Positions 20,301 to 29,250 of a stretch of 64,000 nt of DNA are shown piece after piece. The stretch covers positions 3,360,001 through 3,424,000 of the forward strand of contig OZ241362.1 in assembly GCA_965200315.1 (NCBI GenBank), in the 5' to 3' direction. The translations under genes were made by a program, and so were the position numbers. The stretch comes from Candidatus Latescibacterota bacterium. GTDB taxonomy: Bacteria > Latescibacterota > UBA2968 > UBA8231. A model generated the notes under the pieces. That model saw only the letters and a list, made by a program, of their open reading frames with translations, was not told the origin of the DNA and made no database searches. Position 1 is the first letter of the stretch, and each line of letters begins with the position of its first letter.

Positions 20301-20837
20301 ATGAGACACATTGCACTGATCACCCTGCTGGCACTGGCCGTTGGAGCGCAAGCCGCGACGCGGGGGCGCACGGACGGCCCCGAAGGCAGCGAATACGGCA
20401 AGGGCGGCTACCACTACAAGGCCCAGTACGGCCGTTTCTACACCGAGGGCTTTTTGGGGGCGGCGATGGTGGAGAGCGAAGCCCCGGACACAGAGACCAA
20501 CCTCATTACGGGGCTTAATGCGGGCTACATGGTCGAGGAATGGCTGGCCTTTCAGGTGGGATTCGCCCACATCTTGGACCAAAACATCAACCTCTATGCC
20601 GGTGGAGTGCGCTCGGCCTACGTTACTCGGCCGTTCAACTACTACTTTTCGCTCGACGCCGAGTTGTACTCGCCCGAGATCGGCGGCACGCACTTCGGAA
20701 TCGTCCCGGGCGTTGGGGTCGAGGTGATGCTCAGCGACCACTTGCGGGCGGGCTTGCGCTTCCAGCGCGACTTTATCTTTGCCGACGACATGATCCACAT
20801 CAACCGCTTTACGGCGAAAATGCAGGTGGATTTTTAG
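20301..20837 (+). CDS. Small outer-membrane beta-barrel protein
   Basis: Signal peptide, alternating beta-strands, terminal Phe. Confidence 0.7.
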   Translation: MRHIALITLLALAVGAQAATRGRTDGPEGSEYGKGGYHYKAQYGRFYTEGFLGAAMVESEAPDTETNLITGLNAGYMVEEWLAFQVGFAHILDQNINLYAGGVRSAYVTRPFNYYFSLDAELYSPEIGGTHFGIVPGVGVEVMLSDHLRAGLRFQRDFIFADDMIHINRFTAKMQVDF

Positions 20838-20855
20838 AGCACATCGCGTTGGTAT

Positions 20856-20897
20856 TGCAAAAGGGCTGGCTTCCGCTGTGAAGCCGGCCCTTTTGCA
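20856..20897. terminator. Bidirectional rho-independent terminator
   Basis: TGCAAAAGGGCTGGCTTC-loop-GAAGCCGGCCCTTTTGCA between convergent genes. Confidence 0.85.
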
Positions 20898-20904
20898 TCG
20901 TATA

Positions 20905-21580
20905 TCACGCCAGATGCTCCATCCGCAGTTGCCGCGACCAGTCGAAGTACTCCTCTAGCCTCACTAGCTCGAATTCATCGACGATATCGGCTGCGGTGCG
21001 CTCCGCCGTCTCGCTGTAGATCACCGAAGTGCCCACCTGCCCGGTCGTGACAATGCGCACGGCCTCGCCGTACTGCCGATGGATATCGTCGAACTTGGCC
21101 TGATTTTTGTCGAGATGCACCACTTCGTAGTCCAAGTTGATACGCGCCGTGGCCCAACTCTGGTAGTTATTGCTCTGGGCTAGGGTGGTGCCCTGCGGAT
21201 CTATAATGGCGCAGGGCGTCCCCTTGTACACCGAGCCGACGAAAAAGGCCTGCACATCCAAAGCCCAAAAGTTCTGCACCAGCCCGCCGTGATACATGGA
21301 GCTGAAGAGCAGCAGTTTCGGCTTGAGCTTTTTGTACTGGGCGCGCAACTCCCCGAAGTTCAGGTCAAAACAGATCACCCCGCCCACTGGCCCGAATTCG
21401 GTCTGGATCAGGGATGCGCCTGGGCCCGGACGAGTGCCGTGGTCGAACTCTGGGTACACCGGAATGTACTTGCGGTAAATACCGGCTAGTTCCCCCTGCC
21501 GGCCGAGCAGTCCAAGGACGTTGAAAACCGCCCCACTCTTGCGCTCCTTTTGATGCACCGGCACGGTGAAGCACAAAACG
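20905..21580 (-). pseudogene. Carbon-nitrogen hydrolase (nitrilase family), N-terminally truncated
   Basis: YRK and ICFDLNF motifs present; the N-terminal catalytic Glu segment and a proper start are missing; abuts the AAC(3) gene. Confidence 0.7.
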
Positions 21581-21587
21581 CGAATAA

Positions 21588-22421
21588 TTATTTCGAGCGA
21601 TTCTCTTTGAGCCAACCGACCGCGAAGTCCACGACGTCTCGTTGTGGCACGAGCTGGCAATCTGCAAGACCAACCCGGCCACGGCGAACGACATGGCCTG
21701 CGTCTGATCGCAGAAAGTCTTCGCCGATGCGATCAAAATCTGAACTGTCGATGTCAACATCTTCAAAGGTAGCCCATCTCCGCGAATCCGACGTAGAGAT
21801 TGGCGCGCCCTGCTGGATGACGCGTTTGGTTGGAAAAGTCGCCCGATGTTCTGCGAGGTGCATAGACGTATTATTTCCGTGATCCACACCGAGAAGAAGG
21901 ACAAAACCGTGCAGGTCGTAGATTCTCGCAAGCGGCGAATGCTCGCCGAGCCCAAAGGCCAATGCGTGATTATCAGTGATGCGCGACGCTTGGGGGCCTT
22001 GGGGGCCACAGGCACAAAACGAGACCTGCGGATGTGCGCTGCGGAGGACGCCTCTTTGCTTGCGGAACGTCTCCGCGATAATGCCGATAGAACGAGTGGG
22101 GGTAAGCACGGGATCGAAGGCCGGCATGTTCTCGCGTATTACCGGCCACCACGACTCGGGGACGGGTGGACTTTCCCAACCGCTCGGTTCAGTTAGGTCG
22201 GGCGAGTGGGCGGGCATCACAAGTGTTCCAGCGGATCCTAATGCTTTCTGAAGGGCAACGATGACCGCCACAGTGCCTCCACACACCCATCCCATTGCAC
22301 TCAAGGAAGAATGCACCAATACGACCATCCCCGGTTTGACACCGAGCGCACGGAAGTCAGCTTGTAACGATTCGATTGTGGCGGGAACTTCTGTTTTTTG
22401 AACGATCTTTTTTTCACTCAT
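21588..22421 (-). CDS. AAC(3) family N-acetyltransferase (YokD-like)
   Basis: LVHSSLS..GWVCGG, GTLVMPAH, RSAHP, LLLGV...NTSMHLAE. Confidence 0.92.
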   Translation of the reverse strand: MSEKKIVQKTEVPATIESLQADFRALGVKPGMVVLVHSSLSAMGWVCGGTVAVIVALQKALGSAGTLVMPAHSPDLTEPSGWESPPVPESWWPVIRENMPAFDPVLTPTRSIGIIAETFRKQRGVLRSAHPQVSFCACGPQGPQASRITDNHALAFGLGEHSPLARIYDLHGFVLLLGVDHGNNTSMHLAEHRATFPTKRVIQQGAPISTSDSRRWATFEDVDIDSSDFDRIGEDFLRSDAGHVVRRGRVGLADCQLVPQRDVVDFAVGWLKENRSK

Positions 22422-23637
22422 TTCTCAGTTCCTTCAAAGCATCTATCAGTCGATCTACATGGTCAAAGCCGTTGCAGATGTGGGTGGAAACGCGCATCCA
22501 GTGTCCATCGTCGCTTTTTGCCGTCGGCGCAGTGATCCGGTGTCGCTTATAAAGATCTATATTGTCGAATCCAGAAAGGTGGAAGGCTGAGATGGAACCG
22601 GATAGGGCGGGTGCGGAGGGCGTGAGCTGTTTTGCCCAGCCAGTTGCAGCCAAGCGACCCCGCAGATAGGCCGCTAACTGGCGACCCCGTTGGCGAATCC
22701 GATCTTTGCCAATCGCCTCTTGAAATTCAACCGCTGTGCCGACGGCTGCAAAACAGGCTTGGTCCCGGGTACCCCAGTTTTCAAGACCCCACATAAATGG
22801 GCGGTCATTGATCCGCAGAATGCCATCTGCTCCCCTTTTCGCGCCTTCTCGGCTGTATCCCCAACTTACAACAACGTGATTGAGTTGCTCTTGTCCCGAA
22901 GGCGAAGCGTAAAGAAATCCAGTGCCTTTGGGCGCACACAGCCATTTGTGACAGTTGCCGCCGTAAAAGTCGCAGCCAAGATCCAGCAAGTCCAGCGGGA
23001 TCATGCCCGGAGCGTGTGCGCCATCTGCTACAACCAGCGCTCCGCGGTCGTGTGCAAGTCGGGCGAGGGCTTTGATTGGAGTAATCAGGCCCGTACCAGT
23101 GGTGATATGGCTGCACAAGACCAGCTTGGTGCGGTCTGTAAACTCGCGGTCAAAAGCGTCTAGGATATCTTCAGGGCGCTCGGGAGAGACGGAAATTTGG
23201 GCGCGTTTGACCACCACACCGCGTCGGCGTTCGGCCAGATGCAGACAGTTGTCAATAGCGCCGTACTCTTGGTTTGACGCTAGGATTTCGTCGCCCGGGT
23301 GCCAATCCAGTCCGTGTACTGCCATATTAATGGCTATAGTAACATTGGAAGCAAAAGCAATATCCTCTGCTGGCGCGTTGATAAAAGCACCCAGACGAGC
23401 GCGAGCGTCATCTACAACACTGGAATATTTTCCTCGATGCCGGGTGGGGCTGCGTTCAACATCCTCCAAGATTTCCATCATTTTCTCGAATACGGGTTTG
23501 GGCTGTGAGCCAAAAGAGCCGGTATTGAGATAGATTTCATCCGGCGCGATCATGTACTGGTTGCGAATCGACTGCCAGTAGGCTTCCTCTTTTGCCGAAG
23601 TCGGCCAGGCAGCGCAGAGATGGGTCAAGGGTTCCAT
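22414..23637 (-). CDS. Class V PLP enzyme, isopenicillin N epimerase (CefD)-like
   Basis: YLNTGSFG, SHIT..TG, DGAHAPG, GNCHKWLCAPKG, GTRD. Confidence 0.85.
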   Translation of the reverse strand: MEPLTHLCAAWPTSAKEEAYWQSIRNQYMIAPDEIYLNTGSFGSQPKPVFEKMMEILEDVERSPTRHRGKYSSVVDDARARLGAFINAPAEDIAFASNVTIAINMAVHGLDWHPGDEILASNQEYGAIDNCLHLAERRRGVVVKRAQISVSPERPEDILDAFDREFTDRTKLVLCSHITTGTGLITPIKALARLAHDRGALVVADGAHAPGMIPLDLLDLGCDFYGGNCHKWLCAPKGTGFLYASPSGQEQLNHVVVSWGYSREGAKRGADGILRINDRPFMWGLENWGTRDQACFAAVGTAVEFQEAIGKDRIRQRGRQLAAYLRGRLAATGWAKQLTPSAPALSGSISAFHLSGFDNIDLYKRHRITAPTAKSDDGHWMRVSTHICNGFDHVDRLIDALKELRNE

Positions 23638-23646
23638 TTTCCTCTA

Positions 23647-24513
23647 TCAAGCGTCAAATGACAGCGATAATCCGTCAAATGCTATTCTGTAGCCATGTGC
23701 TGCGGCATACTCTTCCAGTTCGTCGTGCTCCAAGCATCCCTCATGTGAGATGTGAGTCGCGTAAGCCTTTGCGTTGTCCTTGAGAAGGCCGCTGCGCCGA
23801 AAGCGAACGACGTGGCCTATGACGTCAACGGATGCCAGATGATCCGGTGGGCTAACATCAAAGCCGATGCCGTACGTGTGATCGAGGACGAGCAAATCGA
23901 ACTGCGTGCCTGCAAGCAGAAGATGCTCCCATACCTGCTCCGATAGAACCGAGGTATCAGTACCGTAAAATATGGCGTGCTGGCCTTGCTCGATTGCGTA
24001 AAGTAGGCATCCCTTTTCGGTCCCGTGGTTCGCGGGATACCCTGTGAAGCGATAATCACCGACAACTTGAGTCTTGAACGGCTCGACGGTGAGCAGATTG
24101 ATCTTTAGGGCGCGCTGTGTGTCTTGATTGAAAATACTTCCGTATTCGCATCTGCTGCCCAAAACCTCATCAATAGACCTCAGCGCATCGCTTGAACCTG
24201 CGATAAGCATTTCTTGGGCGACGACCGTTGCGTATTCCTCGTGTCTCGACATGAGGAACTCGGGGTCAAAGTGGTCTGCGTGGGCGTGTGTCAATAGGCA
24301 GATACTAATGCCAGTTAGAGAAACGTCGTGGGCGAATGACGCTGTCGCTATGTCTGGACCAATATCCACAAGCAGGTCATCGTTGATTGCGATGGACGAC
24401 CGTCTGCGGAGGTTCTTGCCAGCGGCCCGCCTCGCGTCTGAGCACGCCTGACATACGCAGAAAGGCATAGGCATCGACGGCGCGGCTGATGTTCCGAGAA
24501 ACGTCACTTGCAA
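23647..24513 (-). CDS. Metallo-beta-lactamase fold hydrolase, PhnP-like
   Basis: FLGTSAA, CxCxxC, RRRSS, THAHADH, THISH. Confidence 0.85.
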   Translation of the reverse strand: MQVTFLGTSAAPSMPMPFCVCQACSDARRAAGKNLRRRSSIAINDDLLVDIGPDIATASFAHDVSLTGISICLLTHAHADHFDPEFLMSRHEEYATVVAQEMLIAGSSDALRSIDEVLGSRCEYGSIFNQDTQRALKINLLTVEPFKTQVVGDYRFTGYPANHGTEKGCLLYAIEQGQHAIFYGTDTSVLSEQVWEHLLLAGTQFDLLVLDHTYGIGFDVSPPDHLASVDVIGHVVRFRRSGLLKDNAKAYATHISHEGCLEHDELEEYAAAHGYRIAFDGLSLSFDA

Positions 24514-24516
24514 AGC

Positions 24517-25278
24517 TTAGCCGGTCCCCGTCGTGGTGCAGAAGCAAAGCTGATGTCTAGAGTCCGGCCCAAAGGAGTCCCGGTCCCAGTTCCCGAACTT
24601 CTCCCTGACCTTCATCCCATTGTACTTTAGCAGGGCATCCAGTTCCTGTGGGAAATACATCCGGAGATTCAGACCGCCAACGACCTCATCAGAGTCCTCT
24701 CTGTAATGCACCATGCGTGCGATCTGGGTATCTGCTTCATACCTATATGACTGTGTCACTTGTATTTCTTGTCTAGTGTCATCGTCTGTGTAGCGAGAGA
24801 ATGGATACCGTCTGCTTGGGTCGCGATTGAGGATCGCCAGCTTAGGGACAAAGACGTCCAAAATGAAGTAACCACCCGGCGCGATATGACGCTTCACGCA
24901 GCGAATGCACCCCTCGAAATCCGCTAGGTCGTGCAGATGCCATAGTGCGTTAAATAGTAGTAAGACCGACCCGTATTGCCTACCGGCGTCAAAGCGGCGT
25001 ATATCGTCACAGAGCCAGTTGACCTTCACCTGTTTGCTTTCGGCCTTTGATCTGGCAAGGCTAAGCATCGGCTCTGAATGGTCGATCCCAGTGACCTCAA
25101 GGCCATACTCCGCCAAGGGGATCGCTATCCGGCCCGTTCCACAAGCAAGCTCAAGGACCCTTTCGCGGGAGGCGAGCTCAGCCAGAAACCAATCTGGAAG
25201 TGTAGCATACGTGCCGTAGTATTGATCGTATTTCTCTGGGGCCAGATAGTCTGCGTCGATTGATTCTTCTTTTTTCAT
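24517..25278 (-). CDS. Class I SAM-dependent methyltransferase
   Basis: VLELACGTGR, GIDHSEPML, DIRRF, PGGYFILD. Confidence 0.9.
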   Translation of the reverse strand: MKKEESIDADYLAPEKYDQYYGTYATLPDWFLAELASRERVLELACGTGRIAIPLAEYGLEVTGIDHSEPMLSLARSKAESKQVKVNWLCDDIRRFDAGRQYGSVLLLFNALWHLHDLADFEGCIRCVKRHIAPGGYFILDVFVPKLAILNRDPSRRYPFSRYTDDDTRQEIQVTQSYRYEADTQIARMVHYREDSDEVVGGLNLRMYFPQELDALLKYNGMKVREKFGNWDRDSFGPDSRHQLCFCTTTGTG

Positions 25279-25333
25279 TTCAGATATGGTTGTGCCAGTT
25301 TGCGAACCTATCCGTTCGGACGCGACTAACCTA

Positions 25334-26047
25334 TTAGATTTTTTCCAATAGCTCTCGGATCTTTTGGTTACAGGTTACTTCGACGGATCGTTGTCCTTGA
25401 TTATTTTTCGCATTTGGATCAGCTCCTTGCGCTAGCAGAAGTTTCACGCCCTTAAAATCCCCCTTTTCCGCAGCTCCATGCAGTGCAGTGTTATTTTTAG
25501 AGCTTCCGCGTTGATCAACTATAGGGCTATTAACATCGGCTCCATAATCGAGAAGCAGAGCAAGCATACTTGGACACTTGCGGTTAAAGGAGGTTGCGTG
25601 TTTGAGAGCATCCCAAGACACGGTTTGCGTTTCGCTCGGACCACTGCCAGCGATCAGTGCGCCGTTCTCCAATAAGAATTTCATACTATCTAGGGAACTA
25701 CCTTCGATAGCAAATATCAACGGCGGACCGTAGTCTTGAGTGACTCGATTCACGTCCGCGCCATGTTGAACGAGTAGCTCCATAGCAGCAACACAGCCAC
25801 CGCGCGTTGCTGCTCGACAAAGGGGGAAGTTGTGGTTTTCCATAACGTCGCCCCCTTTGGCGATTAGATAAGCGAGGACCTCTGCATGACCGCTCACGGC
25901 GGCTTGTGTCATCAGATAGCCGCTACGCCCCGCGCGAGGAAGGAGGGGCTCATGGAGAAGGTTAGGTTCTGTCTCGCCGATTTGTTTGACTGTGGACAAG
26001 TCGCCATTTTCAATCGCGTCTCTGAGTTTATCTCTGCTTTCGGTCAT
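25334..26047 (-). CDS. Ankyrin repeat protein
   Basis: Repeated LL..GADVN, TALHGAA..G, GADPN; ATG 26047 after AGAGG. Confidence 0.9.
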   Translation of the reverse strand: MTESRDKLRDAIENGDLSTVKQIGETEPNLLHEPLLPRAGRSGYLMTQAAVSGHAEVLAYLIAKGGDVMENHNFPLCRAATRGGCVAAMELLVQHGADVNRVTQDYGPPLIFAIEGSSLDSMKFLLENGALIAGSGPSETQTVSWDALKHATSFNRKCPSMLALLLDYGADVNSPIVDQRGSSKNNTALHGAAEKGDFKGVKLLLAQGADPNAKNNQGQRSVEVTCNQKIRELLEKI

Positions 26048-26120
26048 CGATATTCCTCTGTTACTCGATATGTGCAAAAAGGTGAAAGATTCCGAAAGCA
26101 AGAAGGACGACAGAACCATG

Positions 26121-26672
26121 TCAAGCAAATCGCCGTCCATCAGAGAAATTTATCCGTGCGGTAGGCAGGTCAAGCCGGAAGCAGATTTGTCGCCCTTCAT
26201 CTCGGACGCCACCATCGCGGATCCATCCCATGGCCTCGTAGAAAACGATCCCACGCTCATAGCCTTCTACGGTCCACAGTATCGCCTCAGCGTAGCCGTC
26301 CGCAACCAGATAACGCAAAGCGACAGACATCAGGGCCTTGCCAATGCCTGTGCGCCAGTACGATGGATCAACCGCGATCGTATCAAGTTCGCCGAGGTGT
26401 GCATCCACCGGATCCCGGCTGGGTCCAATGCCGGCGAACCCTACAATTGAACCCATACGCTCAGCTATCCACCAGCGATGTGGGACTGGCTGAGCAAGAT
26501 CATGACGCCAGCGTTCAATAAGGGCTGGCGTCACAGTTCTATCGGCCTGTGATAGCAGTGCGCCAAATCCAGAGTTCCACGAATCGATGTAAATCCTCAC
26601 TACAGTCTCGGCGTCAGCGGAGGTAGCGGATCGGAGCGTTGGTGATAATTCTCGTGTCCTGTCTGGTTTCAT
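26121..26672 (-). CDS. GNAT N-acetyltransferase
   Basis: VDPSYWRTGIGKALM (motif A), FYEAMGW. Confidence 0.9.
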   Translation of the reverse strand: MKPDRTRELSPTLRSATSADAETVVRIYIDSWNSGFGALLSQADRTVTPALIERWRHDLAQPVPHRWWIAERMGSIVGFAGIGPSRDPVDAHLGELDTIAVDPSYWRTGIGKALMSVALRYLVADGYAEAILWTVEGYERGIVFYEAMGWIRDGGVRDEGRQICFRLDLPTARINFSDGRRFA

Positions 26673-27538
26673 CTATGTGCCGCAGCCCCCGGGAGCGGCC
26701 AATCCGTGCTAAATCCAGTCTGCGTTAGTATTTCGATCCCTCTCTCGATATGTAATCCAACTCCTGCAACCCCATGTGAATCGTCTCCCGGGACGCAAGG
26801 GACGCCAAGGTCCAGTGCCATTTCCAAGATAGATTTAGATACGTAAGGTTCAGATCCACCCTTTGCAAAGGCCCTGAGGTTGAAATCGAGAATCGCTCCA
26901 AGGTCCTTGATCTTCTCGAGGTTCCTCTGGATTCTCTCTTTGATCTTGGAGGTCTCTAAGCGCTGGCGATAGTCCTTGTCATGTATTCGAATGAGGTCAA
27001 AGTGTCCAACTACTTCGGGCTCTAGTTCCTCTACAAGCTCGTATTGTTGGTCGAAATATTCACAGAATAGCGCATCGATTCCTCCGGCCTCTTCTACGGC
27101 TTGGGCATACCATTCTGGCGGACCATCGATACATATATCCCTCACATGATGGACCGAGCCAACGATGTAGTCAGGTTGAAATCGATTCCGCAGACTGTTG
27201 ACGTGCGCTACGTAGCCAGTGTAACTCTCTGTTTCAAATCCGACTAATATCTGAATAGAATCTCGGTATTCCCTCTGGAGCCTGCGGGCGACCGAAAAGT
27301 ATTCTGCGAATCGTCCCAGCCTCGACTCAAGTGTCTGACCCTCTTCAATCTCATAGGGAAATAGGAAGTCGGCTGAAGCTGGCGGGATATGCTCGGTAAT
27401 GCCCACCCATTTGAAGCCTTTGTCAACGTAGGCACGCACGACTTCCTCAAGCGTGGAATCATTTGCATCGCCGAATTCTCTACTGTGTCCACCGTGGATG
27501 GACACGCGTACTGCCGAAGTGGTGTTTGGGGCCGTCAC
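26669..27538 (-). CDS. PHP-family histidinol-phosphatase (HisK/HisJ-like)
   Basis: HGGHS, GITEH, GFETE, GSVHHV, GHFDL, GDDSH. Confidence 0.85.
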   Translation of the reverse strand: MTAPNTTSAVRVSIHGGHSREFGDANDSTLEEVVRAYVDKGFKWVGITEHIPPASADFLFPYEIEEGQTLESRLGRFAEYFSVARRLQREYRDSIQILVGFETESYTGYVAHVNSLRNRFQPDYIVGSVHHVRDICIDGPPEWYAQAVEEAGGIDALFCEYFDQQYELVEELEPEVVGHFDLIRIHDKDYRQRLETSKIKERIQRNLEKIKDLGAILDFNLRAFAKGGSEPYVSKSILEMALDLGVPCVPGDDSHGVAGVGLHIERGIEILTQTGFSTDWPLPGAAAHR

Positions 27539-27550
27539 ATCAGGATAGTC

Positions 27551-28192
27551 TTATTTGCGAGCGACGGGATTCTCCGACTCAACTGTTTTTTTCGGCTGGG
27601 GCATTCGATTTGGTTCACCTCTGTGTTGAGCATTCAATAGTCGAATTTGCTTCACAATGTCATCTATGCTGGGTGAGTATTGTCCCTCTGTTGAAACATG
27701 AATTGTGGGCACGTTGAAATCTGGAGCTATGTAGTCGTCAGGAGGCGACATCTCTCCTGTTTCCCGGTAGAGTTCAACGCGCTTATCGCCGTGGTAGAAC
27801 TCCCGATTCGGATCATCCAGACCCCGCTGGAGATGGCGCTTAGCCGCCACTATCCCGTCAACTGAGCATACAACAATGAAAGGAATGGACAATTCAAGGA
27901 TCGTGGGCATCCTTGGTTGCCAAACCCTGTGCTGAAAGGCCGCCTCAATAACGACAGAAATCTTACCGGCTAGATACTGATTCACTATCTCAAAGAAAAA
28001 GTTGGAGACTACGCCATTGGTGTTTGGCGGAAGTTGATCGTGCTTGACGCCATGGGTATTGACATAGCCCTCCTTGATCGCGTCGCGACTGATGACCGGC
28101 ATCCACAACCGCTCAGCGAGCCGCTTGGATAAACTCGTCTTCCCCGATCCCGGCCGGCCTGTGACGATAATGCATTTGGGTTTACTGCTCAT
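27551..28192 (-). CDS. P-loop kinase/ATPase (AAA_33-like)
   Basis: GRPGSGKT, SRDAIKE; start set at MSSKPK. Confidence 0.8.
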   Translation of the reverse strand: MSSKPKCIIVTGRPGSGKTSLSKRLAERLWMPVISRDAIKEGYVNTHGVKHDQLPPNTNGVVSNFFFEIVNQYLAGKISVVIEAAFQHRVWQPRMPTILELSIPFIVVCSVDGIVAAKRHLQRGLDDPNREFYHGDKRVELYRETGEMSPPDDYIAPDFNVPTIHVSTEGQYSPSIDDIVKQIRLLNAQHRGEPNRMPQPKKTVESENPVARK

Positions 28193-28997
28193 CTCGGCTG
28201 AGGCACACTCGTTGTCGAGTGGCGATTTCCTTTCCATGGGTATAGTGCGCTGATTCGACCAACTCGAGCGTTTCGGGAGCCAGCCGCTCTTTGACCGCCT
28301 CTGGAATGGGGCCGGCTTGGCGGTGGTGTGGCCGGTAGCGCAGCGTAAGCACCCGGCGCTGGCGGTCGAGGGCTCGCCAAGGCAGGACCCCGTGGGTTAC
28401 GCATTCGGGCATGACCACCACATCCCCGGCCGCGGGCGTGATATTGACGACTCCCGGCGGAATCTCCTCTTCGATGCGACCCTGATCAAATAGCTGCGGC
28501 GGCCGGTTGAACTCGCTTTTGTGCGATCCCGGCACCACTAGTAGCCCGCCATCACCGGGAAGCACATCGTCTAGGTAGGGAAACACCACAAAGTCGTCGC
28601 AGTAGATGCGGCCTTGGCGTACCTCGTAACGGGCGCTCTCAAAGCCGTAGTCGTCGCGGGCGCAGTGGAGTTGCACCGCCTCGGTGTGTCCGTCGGGAGA
28701 GTCGAGCATCAGGGTACCGCTGGCGAGCATGGGCTTGCCGTTGGTCAGCTCCAGCACGATGGGCCATACCGCCGGTAGAAAGACCAGCTTTTCCAGCGCT
28801 CGGTCGAAGGCGAAGCCGTGGGCAAAGCCCTTGAGATTTTCTGATCGTCCGAAATGCGGCGGCAGGTCTTCTGGTGCGCTATTGATGTAGCGCGTGGCAG
28901 CATCTGAAGCCGCATCCAGTTCCTCCGGGGTCAGGACGTTCTTCAGGTGCAGAAAACCGCATAGATCAAAAAGATAGCGTTGTTCTTCGGTCATCAT
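28182..28997 (-). CDS. PhyH family Fe(II)/2OG dioxygenase with non-canonical HxA motif
   Basis: YLFDLCGFL, DGGLLVVPGSHK, AGDVV...THG...W...RR; first His is in 'LHCA'. Confidence 0.85.
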   Translation of the reverse strand: MMTEEQRYLFDLCGFLHLKNVLTPEELDAASDAATRYINSAPEDLPPHFGRSENLKGFAHGFAFDRALEKLVFLPAVWPIVLELTNGKPMLASGTLMLDSPDGHTEAVQLHCARDDYGFESARYEVRQGRIYCDDFVVFPYLDDVLPGDGGLLVVPGSHKSEFNRPPQLFDQGRIEEEIPPGVVNITPAAGDVVVMPECVTHGVLPWRALDRQRRVLTLRYRPHHRQAGPIPEAVKERLAPETLELVESAHYTHGKEIATRQRVCLSRDEQ

Positions 28998-29250
28998 TGT
29001 CAGCCTTGCCTTTCGTAGGAATAACGAACTGGATCACCATTAGAATCAAAGAGTTTGCGTGGACAATCGCAACCAATCTCGCGAAGCTGGATAATCCTAC
29101 GTAACTTCTTGTAATAAATTGAGATATAACGATTATTCTGAGATTTGACGCGCCTAGTGCCGCCGCGCAAATTTCGCATCGGCTCAACAATACTTATTAT
29201 GCTAATTAGTTGATAAATCGCTAAACGCATCCCTACGCACAGAGAGAAAT

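Noticed and set aside
21588-28997. Integron cassette array
   Set aside because: No integrase and no recognisable attC sites; most genes overlap or are only a few nt apart
29090-29250. Pho box upstream of phnY
   Set aside because: Only one half-site-like TTGTAAT; no convincing 11-bp direct repeat
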